Shown: piece after piece, positions 35,911-43,350 of the stretch
Layout of the letters: each line of letters begins with the position of its first letter
Position numbering within the stretch: position 1 is the stretch's first letter
Assembly: GCA_963785305.1 (NCBI GenBank)
Contig: CAWAUV010000008.1
Location: 1,088,001 to 1,152,000 of the forward strand
Direction of reading: 5' to 3'
Source of the DNA: an uncultured Planctomycetaceae bacterium
GTDB taxonomy: Bacteria > Planctomycetota > Planctomycetia > Pirellulales > PALSA-1355
DNA length: 64,000 nucleotides
The notes under the pieces: generated by a model
Database searches by the model: none
What the model saw: the letters and a program-made list of their open reading frames with translations, nothing else
What the model was told of the DNA's origin: nothing
Position numbers and translations under genes: made by a program

Positions 35911-36010
35911 TTTTTTGACCCCTGGGGGGCATTTTCGGGGAGCAAATTCGTCTGACGTTGGCCCGCCTTTCGGTCGCGCCTCTTCTATGGATGAAACACC
36001 CCTACCCCTT
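35911..36010 (-). other. Candidate cos/packaging-initiation region
   Basis: Short non-coding gap right after HNH and ahead of the terS operon, bounded by G/C runs (GGGGTAGGGG ... CCCCCCAGGGG); positional analogy to HK97-type cos phages only. Confidence 0.4.
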
Positions 36011-36301
36011 TTTGGCTTTTGCCTCTCGCCGCTTGTGGTCCGCGGAGCAAAGCGCGACGCAATTGCTCTCCTCAAACGTCAACTCGGGATGCGCGAGCCT
36101 CGGCAACTCGTGGTGAACTTCTTGCGTGGGTGTAACTTCTCGGCGCTCCAGGCAATCGACACAAAACGGATTTTTGCGAATGAACCACGCTCGAAACTTC
36201 CGCCACCTCTTGCTCCCGTAAAATGCTCTGCTCTCGCTGCGGTCCCGCTTGACTCGCGCTGGCGTCTTGCCGTCTGGTCGGAACGTCGCGGGTTTTCTCA
36301 T
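36002..36301 (-). CDS. HNH endonuclease, terminase-associated (HK97 gp74-like)
   Basis: FYGSKRWRKFR, NPFCVDC, EVHHELP, NCVALCSADH; ATGA-coupled at 36298-36301. Confidence 0.9.
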   Translation of the reverse strand: MRKPATFRPDGKTPARVKRDRSESRAFYGSKRWRKFRAWFIRKNPFCVDCLERREVTPTQEVHHELPRLAHPELTFEESNCVALCSADHKRREAKAKKG

Positions 36302-36579
36302 CTCGCACACAAACTGCAAAGCGGGACGATCATCGCGCCGTCGTCGTGCAGCACCATTAGCCACGGCGTCTCTAGCGCCTCGGGGCCTAGTTCGGCCAGC
36401 GTCGGAATACCCGGGATTCGCAGCATCCCCAGCGGAATCGAGCGCGCCAGTCGCTCATACGCTTCGGGCAGGTCGTCCTCGGCCGCTCGAATGAGACCGA
36501 CGACATAGGCGCAGCCGTCGCCTGTGTGGGCGCTGAGGGCTTCCGCGGCGAGTCGCTGCACGAATGTTTTGACCATCAC
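36298..36579 (-). CDS. Hypothetical protein
   Basis: Overlapping start/stop codons with both neighbours; ends in CSLC. Confidence 0.6.
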   Translation of the reverse strand: MMVKTFVQRLAAEALSAHTGDGCAYVVGLIRAAEDDLPEAYERLARSIPLGMLRIPGIPTLAELGPEALETPWLMVLHDDGAMIVPLCSLCAR

Positions 36580-36761
36580 TTGCCCCCTAGCGAGGCAATG
36601 ATCCGCTCGACTTGCGGGCCGCTGAAGTACGGCACGCGGTCGATGCGCATGGCTGGCTTGATTCCGGCTCGGCTCGCGGCTTGCTCAATCGAGCGGACGC
36701 TGCGCTGCATTTGGCCGGCCAGGCAGCCGATCGATGTTAAGTCGCGGGTTTCGGTCGTCAT
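36576..36761 (-). CDS. Small MerR/excisionase-like HTH protein
   Basis: SIGCLAGQMQRSVRSIEQ...RVPYFSGPQVERI pattern; GAGG upstream. Confidence 0.55.
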   Translation of the reverse strand: MTTETRDLTSIGCLAGQMQRSVRSIEQAASRAGIKPAMRIDRVPYFSGPQVERIIASLGGK

Positions 36762-36827
36762 GGGTTCCCTCTGCTTTGATTATTCGCGCTCGCGGGTTTG
36801 TTGCACTTCCATATGTAGAAGAATTCT

Positions 36828-37036
36828 TCACGTTGCCAAAATAGTGAACGGTCGATCGCAACTGACGCACGTGCAGTATCTGAGCACGGCGTCACTGCCG
36901 CCGATGGTTTGTTGCTCTGTTCGTCGGACGCGATGCTTGGACGATCGGCAACGCGGGCAGCGCGCAGCTTGATCGACACCATCGGCAGCGGGCTGCGGGG
37001 GTGTTCGGCGTCGGTGTTGTGGTCGGTGGTGTTCAT
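36828..37036 (-). CDS. Ogr/Delta-like C4 zinc-finger protein (probable frameshift near 36963)
   Basis: MNTTDH...SIKL joins RCPRCRSSKHRVRRT...VLRYCTCVSCDRPF with one added base; GAGG RBS. Confidence 0.55.
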
Positions 37037-37206
37037 GGCGTGGCCTCGCTCTTGCTCTGTTGCTCCACTTCCGACACCTCGACGCATCGCAGCCCATAAG
37101 CTCGCAGCGCCACCTTCAAGAACGCCTTGAGTCTCGACGCTACTGGCGTCTGGCGGTTGCCCGGCTCGTCGCGCAGCTTCAGGATGAATTCGGCGCGTGG
37201 CATGGT

Positions 37207-37569
37207 TTAACGATCCTCGGCCAGCTCGGTCGCTTCGCGGATCGTCACGACCGGGCTACGTCCGCTCGCGCGCTCGACGTCGATCAGTCCAGCCTTGGAG
37301 AGCACATCCAGTCCGCGGTTAGCGGCCCATCGCCCGACGCCAAACAGCGCCAGGATTCTCGCGGTGAGCTTTGCTGGCCTGCCACTCGCAAGCGAATGGA
37401 CGTGCCAAGCCGCCAGTCCGACGTGCAATGCCTTGCCCGGCAACGATGCCGCGCGAGATAGCCAAGCGCCAGCGATCGGCCCTTTCAGAAACCACTTCCC
37501 ACGGCGCATCCGGCGGGGTCTTTTGGGCACCAGATTCGTGCCTGTTGCGCGAAAGTTTTCAATGTCCAC
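37207..37569 (-). CDS. Winged-helix protein, candidate replication initiator
   Basis: FLKGPI..WL, KLTARILALFGVGRWAANRGLDVLSKAGLIDVERASGRSPVVTI; adjacent to the iteron-like repeats. Confidence 0.65.
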   Translation of the reverse strand: MDIENFRATGTNLVPKRPRRMRRGKWFLKGPIAGAWLSRAASLPGKALHVGLAAWHVHSLASGRPAKLTARILALFGVGRWAANRGLDVLSKAGLIDVERASGRSPVVTIREATELAEDR

Positions 37570-37579
37570 TCCGCTACCC

Positions 37580-37734
37580 TCTATCTATTCATTAAATAAG
37601 ACTACAGAAAAAACACATATAAGACTGCACGGGTGCTTGGACCCCATACACTTCACCCGTTGGACCCCATACACTTCGCCCGTTGGCGCCCAACAGTTCT
37701 CGATTCGCTAACGTGCTTGGTCCCCATACACTTC
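37580..37734. promoter_or_regulatory. Putative replication origin: AT-rich tract plus three 18-bp iteron-like repeats
   Basis: TTGGWCCCCATACACTTC at 37637, 37660 and 37717; AT-rich 37580-37625. Confidence 0.65.
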
Positions 37735-37740
37735 GTGGGC

Positions 37741-39945
37741 TCAAAATTCGACGCTCGCTTTCGCTGGTTTCAGGCTGTCCAAAATGTTGGTTATCGTCGC
37801 CCACATAACCTCGCCGCGCGGGTCGGAATAGCGTTCCGGGTGACGCACAATTTTGCAGTCGGTTCGCAGCTCGAAGCCATCGAGCACAACGCGCCCGGCT
37901 TCGAGCATCGCCGCCGCCGCCAGCGTCGCCGCCGCCTCGATTTCGTGCTCTGCGGCTTCAATCAGAATCGCGTCATGGACTGGGGCGCAGACTTCGACGC
38001 CGCGCTCCGTCGCAAGGCAGCACGCGAGCCGGAGCATTTCGGCGCCATTGGCTTGCATGGGGAAATTCGCCAGGCTGCGCGGGTTCGCTTGCGGTCCCAC
38101 GTTGATCCGCCAGCCGAAAACTGTTTCGATCCAGCCTTTCAACATGGCGTGGGCGACAACCGCGTCGGACCATCTCCAGAATTTTGGGTACGTTTGATGG
38201 TGAAGCCGGAGCAGTTCTCGGGCGTAGGGAATCGGCTGATTGATAGCCGCGGCGAGCGACACCTCCGCCATGCCATACTGCACGGCCAGGGCGCACACTT
38301 TGAATTGCTCCCGCTCGCGCTTGTGGCTTTGTTTTGTGGCGTCGGCCGGAACGGCGCGGGCCTGCTTTGCGAACGTCAAGTATGGGTCGCCGCTCAAATA
38401 GGCATCGGCCATCGCCGAATCGCCAGATAGCGCCGCTGCGATCGCGAATTCCTGTTGCGACCAGTCAACATAGGCGACGGCCCGGCCGGCGGCGGGTTGA
38501 ATCAGCGATCGCAGCCAGCAAGACGGGCCAAAAATGAATCGGGAATTGCTTGGTTGGTTGCGGCTAGTTCGCGCGAAAGGCGCTGAGCAAGCAACGATTT
38601 CGACCATCATCGCCCACGGCCAAGTCATTCAGCCGCATCTCGCCTAACGTGTGGCGCAGCTCGCGGAGCGGCGCAACTTGTGGATATGATTTCGCCATTT
38701 GGCGGAACGATTCGTCGTCGAGTTTTAGGGCGCCGCGGTCAGTCCGCGGCCAAGGAACGCCATTGGCAATCAGCCAGCCGGCAAACTTGGCCGACGAAAA
38801 CGAAAGCGAAACTGGCTCGGCTGGCTCGAAGGAATTCGCGAGTGATTGCGCCGCGAACCGCAATAACGCCGGGTCGTGTTTCTCAAGCCGCCTTGGCCGC
38901 TCGCGCATCAGTTCCCATAGTTCGCCGGCCGGGTCGCTGTTGTCATTGTTAGCGCCGCCCTCGAAGCCTCGCCCGATGCCAAGCGCCGGCAGCTCCGCGG
39001 CTAGTTCCCGTGCCGTGGTGTCGAGCCCGGCGATTGCCGAATGGTCGCGCCGGAGTCTTCGATTGCTGCAATGCGCTTCGGTGTCAGTCCGGTAGCTTGG
39101 CTCGCCGCCGCTACGGCTTTGGCGTGCTCGGCGCTGCCGGCTTGCCGCTCGGCATAGAGCGTATCGACGGCCTGCGCGAGCGCATGCTCGCCGATTCCAT
39201 ACTCTGCCGCGGTTGCGAGGATTGCTTGGCCAAGCCGCGAATTCGGATCGAGCTTGCAATCGGTCGGAACATAAACGCCAAAGTCGGCGTCGATCGCAGT
39301 TATCAATTGCGACTTGATCGCTGTCCAGTTGTTGCGCAGCCGGTCGAGGGTCGGCGCGTCGATCGGCGTCCCGGTCCATTCCATTCTCGCCGCCGCCGCC
39401 ATGTATCGTCCGCGGAGCAACGCGCGGGGCAAGTCGATCGTCGGTAGCATCGCGTCGAGCAACTTGGCGAGCGCGTCAACGTCCGTTTGGCAGTAGTCGA
39501 GCAGCGCTCGCCGCTCGGCTTCCGAATGCTCGCCTTCGCGCATGGCAAGCGCCCGCATTTCCTCCTTATCGCTGGCGTCGATGCCGTCGATGCCGTTCGC
39601 CGCCAGAGCGCCAAGCAAGCTGGCGCCGCATGGCGTCGTGAGCCCGTTTGTGCTGTTTCTGAATTCGGTGAACAGGTCCAGAATCCGGGTGGGCATCGGC
39701 CAATCGAGCGCCAGGAAGCAACCCATTTCAGCGCTGGCATAGTAGGCAACGAACAACGCGCCATCGGCTACGTCAAACGGCGCGGCGGGCATGGTGGCCA
39801 ACTCGTCCGACCAGAGCCGGAGCGTTCGGCCAGTGCGAAACTCGCGGGCCACCATGCAAACCGGCGCGGGGCGTCCTCCGGCCGGCGCACGGAATTCGAA
39901 ATCCACGAGCCACACTTGCTCGAAATGGCGAAGCGCGTCGATCAT
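37741..39945 (-). CDS. Family-A DNA polymerase with 3'-5' exonuclease domain, mobile-element type (frameshifts near 39040 and 38570)
   Basis: ExoI VDFEF, ExoIII YCQTDV, TSRNQPS, motif A VDWSQQEF, motif B REQFKVCALAVQYG, NFPMQANGAE, motif C VHDAILIE; no 5'-3' exonuclease. Confidence 0.92.
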
Positions 39946-40202
39946 GCAAACAATCCGATCTGCCGCGCGTCGGGTTCCGTCGAGCCAGGCAACAGTAGGT
40001 GCTCGACGGGTACGCTCCACCGCCCTAGTTCATCGAAGTCGATCAGGGCGCGGGTGCGCTTCACGTCGAGCAAGACGCCGAGGCGCCCACGCAACGGGTC
40101 TTTGGTTTTGACGTGCGCCCGCTTCAACTGCACGCGCTCGCCGATGCTGCGATTAAGGATCGTGCGCCGGCGGTCCAACTCCGGGTTCGCTTTCGCTGCC
40201 AT
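39942..40202 (-). CDS. Small beta-rich hypothetical protein ending in QIGLFA
   Basis: GAGG RBS, ATGA-coupled to the polymerase. Confidence 0.6.
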   Translation of the reverse strand: MAAKANPELDRRRTILNRSIGERVQLKRAHVKTKDPLRGRLGVLLDVKRTRALIDFDELGRWSVPVEHLLLPGSTEPDARQIGLFA

Positions 40203-40204
40203 GA

Positions 40205-40870
40205 TTACACCTCGCCGCGCAGGGCGCGAATTGCGGGGTGGTCGAGCGATTGGATAAAGCGATCCCTGAAGCAAAGCCGCAGGACTTCGGGGAACGCCAA
40301 CTCGGGCCACGTCGGGTCAGTCAATTCGCCGGCCGCCTCGAAGACGTCATAGAGCCCGGCGCCCATGTTTGCGGCCACGCGGACCCACTTCGATTCGGCC
40401 AGCCGAGCCGCGGCGAGCGCCGACTCATTCCAGGCGTTCGATTTGCCGTCCGACGCCGGCAACTTGACGGGCCAGAGCGAAACATCGCTTTGGCGATTGA
40501 CGGTAAGGAAAAGGCAAACGGGATAGACTTCGCCCGCCAGCTCGCCCCAGAGCGTTCGCTCGACCAGATAGACGTCGCGAGAAACTTTGTCCTCGAAAGC
40601 CGCCGTTTCGATGCGCCATTCTTCGCCCGGTCGGACGCGGACGAACTCGTGGCGGTTTGGCTTCCGACAGGGAACGGTCGTCAAGACCTTTCTGACGCCA
40701 ACCGTGCCGATGTAGTCTTGTGACAATCGCAGGCTTGCCGGGTCGAACGGATTCGGCGCGTCCGACTTGGTGGTGGTGGTGGTGGTGGTGGTGGTGAATC
40801 GGTCGGCGGATAGCAGCGGAGCGGCCGGAGCGGCTTCGCCATTTTGGGACGTTTTTGGTACAGTAGTCAT
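40205..40870 (-). CDS. Conserved-looking hypothetical protein, candidate ssDNA-binding/replication accessory factor
   Basis: KVLTTVPCRKPNRHEFVRV, LWPVKLP, WNESALAAARLAESKWVRV, aromatic-rich; (GGT)9 at 40769-40795 encodes poly-Thr. Function inferred from position only. Confidence 0.65.
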   Translation of the reverse strand: MTTVPKTSQNGEAAPAAPLLSADRFTTTTTTTTTKSDAPNPFDPASLRLSQDYIGTVGVRKVLTTVPCRKPNRHEFVRVRPGEEWRIETAAFEDKVSRDVYLVERTLWGELAGEVYPVCLFLTVNRQSDVSLWPVKLPASDGKSNAWNESALAAARLAESKWVRVAANMGAGLYDVFEAAGELTDPTWPELAFPEVLRLCFRDRFIQSLDHPAIRALRGEV

Positions 40871-41130
40871 TGCTGTTGGTTACCTTTCGAGATTGGCGTG
40901 AGCGACCGGCCAGGGTCGCTCGCGTCGTTTAGTGGGAACAAGGAAAACAGGATCTTCGGGTTGCTTGTCGGCGGCGGGTTGCTCGCCGCCGGCGGCGGGT
41001 GTGACGCATGGCGCCGCAGTCGTGGGCGCCAGTGATCCGCGGCGCATGCGTCGCATAGGTCCGCAAGTCCGAATCTTGTTCGGACGTTGAGTCGCGTCGC
41101 CGGCTCGACGTTACAAAATCGGCAGTCCAT
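40867..41130 (-). CDS. Small CxxC...CxxC protein
   Basis: MDCRFC...LCDAC; coupled to both neighbours. Confidence 0.5.
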   Translation of the reverse strand: MDCRFCNVEPATRLNVRTRFGLADLCDACAADHWRPRLRRHASHPPPAASNPPPTSNPKILFSLFPLNDASDPGRSLTPISKGNQQQ

Positions 41131-41402
41131 TACGCTAGCTCCTCGAAAAACCGCTCTTGCGCGACAGCCGCGTCGGCGTCTTTTGCGAGCTGAATCAGCA
41201 CCTTGCAGATGCCGTAGTCGTCGTTTGCGACGTCGTAGTGGTTTGTCAGATCGCAGATCATCGCGTCGAAGTCGAATATCGCTCGCCCGGTGAGCCCCAT
41301 ACACCACTCTGCAATCTTCTCGCAGTCGTCGGGGTGATCGGCAATCGCCGCTCGCATACGGGCTTCGTAACTTGACGGGTCGGTGTTTCTTTCTTCGATC
41401 AT
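41130..41402 (-). CDS. Hypothetical protein
   Basis: GGAG RBS, TAATG coupling to the next ORF. Confidence 0.55.
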   Translation of the reverse strand: MIEERNTDPSSYEARMRAAIADHPDDCEKIAEWCMGLTGRAIFDFDAMICDLTNHYDVANDDYGICKVLIQLAKDADAAVAQERFFEELA

Positions 41403-41486
41403 GTTTTTCTCTCCGTTTTGCCCCAGGTTGGTTTCGCGGCGTCGCCGGGGCAAGTGACGGCGCAGCGGTTGCCGCAGGGGGACGGG

Positions 41487-41696
41487 TTACGATTGCGAGG
41501 CGGATTGCCGAGCGATCCAGTCGCGCAACTCATCGACCGAGATACGCAGGGCGCGACCGATGCGCACGGATCGCAGCTCGCCGATGCGGCAGCGGCCCCA
41601 CAGCGTGCGCTCGCTGAGGGCGGTCATGGTGGCGGCCTCGCGGAGAGTCACCAGCAGGCGCTGGACCTCCTCGGGGACTGGGGAGAGCAGTGTCAT
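41487..41696 (-). CDS. AlpA/excisionase-family HTH protein
   Basis: LLVTLREAATMTALSERTLW...GELRSVRIGRALRISVDELRDWI. Confidence 0.88.
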   Translation of the reverse strand: MTLLSPVPEEVQRLLVTLREAATMTALSERTLWGRCRIGELRSVRIGRALRISVDELRDWIARQSASQS

Positions 41697-41805
41697 GGCG
41701 GATACTCCAGTGAGTGACAGTCACCAGCGGCAGCGTGCCGCTACGAGTGACTGTCGGAGTATCCGCGCGTCGCGTGGGTGTATCCACGGACGATCTCGGG
41801 TGTAT

Positions 41806-42552
41806 CTACACCCGGTCGGCCAGATAGAGCTTTTCCCGCGGGATTCGCTGGCCTTTTCCGGTTTCCGCTTCGATCAAAGCCCTGATTTCTTTGGGCAACT
41901 TTGGCTTGATCTTGTCGGGGCGCAATCCCTTTTCTTCCCAGTCGCCGACCCATTCTCCATCGGCGTCGACCAGCGATTTTAGATACAAGGCGGCGTTGAC
42001 GTTGATCTGGAAGGGCGTTTCGTCGAGGGTGGCGCGGTCCCTTGAGATGTCGACAATGAGCCGCCGGATCGGCGCCCGTTTGACCGGGGCATTCCCATCA
42101 AACAAATGTCGGATCGCCGCTGCGCTCGCGGAGAAAGCGTTTTCCATTGCAAATTCGATCTCGTCGCCGTCGCTAACTTCCGGGCAGTTCAGGAATCCCG
42201 TCATTTTTTTGGCTTTGATGCCAAGCAGATACGGAACGGCAAAAAGCCATTTCAGTTCAGGCGCCGGCGCATCGCGAATATCGTCCAGCACCGCGGCTGG
42301 AATGCGGTTTAGATTCCCGGCGCCCGATGACAACAGCATTCCACCCGCCCTTGCCGCTGCCGCTCCAAGAAGTTGCTCGGCCGCTCTTTCGTCATTCGCG
42401 GATAGGGCGCTTTCGCCCCGAGTGACGGCTCGCATTCTTGGTTGGCCGTCTTCTGGGCGCTCGACGCGCCAGACATTCAGGCGCCAGCGATATATTGGCG
42501 CAGAATCAAGAAACTCGCGCAAAACGCTTTCCCACGCCTCGGGGACGGCCAT
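41806..42552 (-). CDS. Hypothetical regulator with C-terminal winged-helix-like domain
   Basis: AAGGA RBS; C-terminus YLKSLVDADGEWV...LIEAETGKGQRI resembles OmpR-type DNA-binding ends. Confidence 0.55.
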   Translation of the reverse strand: MAVPEAWESVLREFLDSAPIYRWRLNVWRVERPEDGQPRMRAVTRGESALSANDERAAEQLLGAAAARAGGMLLSSGAGNLNRIPAAVLDDIRDAPAPELKWLFAVPYLLGIKAKKMTGFLNCPEVSDGDEIEFAMENAFSASAAAIRHLFDGNAPVKRAPIRRLIVDISRDRATLDETPFQINVNAALYLKSLVDADGEWVGDWEEKGLRPDKIKPKLPKEIRALIEAETGKGQRIPREKLYLADRV

Positions 42553-42658
42553 TGAAGTCCTTCCTTTTTGCCGGGTCGGCCCAGCGCCAGCGCCAAGGAA
42601 GGAAGGCGCCAGCGCCGGACCAGTGCGGTAGCTAGCCGCGCCCGACGTGCAATGTGAT

Positions 42659-42838
42659 TTACTTCGCCCCAGCGTCAGAGCCACGGGCCAGATTCAAGAT
42701 AGCGGCTTTCGCGTCGCTGGCGAGCCCCGGCCACAATGCGGTCAGTTCGGCCAGCCCATCATCTTGTGCGCAAACTGCACCGGAAAATGCAGCGCGCTCT
42801 TGCGAAACCTGCGATTTTCCCGACGATTCTTGCGATAA
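42659..42838 (-). other. Start-less 59-codon segment, putative attP-form C-terminus of the integrase
   Basis: Open frame directly after the att core codons PPRGVE: LSQESS...DDGLAELTALWPGLASDAKAAILNLARGSDAGAK*. Confidence 0.6.
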
Positions 42839-42858
42839 TTCGACTCCCCGTGGGGGTA
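42839..42858 (+). repeat. att core, distal copy (attR)
   Basis: Exact copy of tRNA-Glu positions 28292-28311. Confidence 0.95.
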
Positions 42859-42960
42859 CTGGCCTTCTTTCTAGATCATCGCCACTCGGCGCTCCATCGC
42901 CCACTTCCACGCCCTCGCGATCCAATCGAACCCCGCGTTCCAAAAACAGCGTCCGCTCAA

Positions 42961-43014
42961 GACCCTATCAGCCAAAACTCCTCCTCTCCCTTCGGGAGAG
43001 GGCAGGTTGAGGGT
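42961..43014. repeat. REP/MITE-like repeat (CCTCTCCC-N3-GGGAGAGG hairpin)
   Basis: Hairpin 42983-43001 preceded by the degenerate TIR-like GACCCTATCAGCCAAAACTCC. Confidence 0.55.
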
Positions 43015-43350
43015 CCGCTTGCGGCAGCAGACGAAGCGCGAGGGGGTATTCACGATTCGCTGGCGGCTGCGGTGATTCGACGCTAGCTTGGAGCGCCACC
43101 ATTTTTTCGCGAACGGACGATTTTTTCGACAAATCCGGCAAATAACGCCTCTCATTCGGAAAAAGCGGAGTTCCTTTGGAAAACCGGCCGATGAATGTCT
43201 TGCAAGCGACGAGCCCCGTCGCGTATGCTTCATGCAACACACCCGTCGCGCCTCTCCTTCTCTCGGGAAGTGACGCGCATCATGGACGGGTTTTTTTATT
43301 GCGCTCCTGGTTTTCTTCGGCGGCGCCCGCGTTTTGACGGGGGGGGCGCC

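Larger units (their letters stand above)
28292..42858 (-). mobile_element. ~14.5-kb tRNA-Glu-integrated phage-satellite-like element with its own family-A polymerase and a partial HK97-type packaging module
   Basis: Exact 20-bp direct repeat of the tRNA 3' end, adjacent tyrosine integrase, ~22 co-oriented and often ATGA-coupled phage-type genes. Confidence 0.92.

Noticed and set aside
37637..37734. Mini CRISPR array
   Set aside because: Repeats are 18 bp with 5-bp and 39-bp gaps and no cas genes; they fit iterons better.
40769..40795. (GGT)9 as a phase-variation switch
   Set aside because: A trinucleotide unit cannot shift frame; it only varies a poly-Thr linker.
28292..42858. Complete prophage
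   Set aside because: Only ~14.5 kb between intact att sites; no recognisable portal, capsid, tail or lysis genes.
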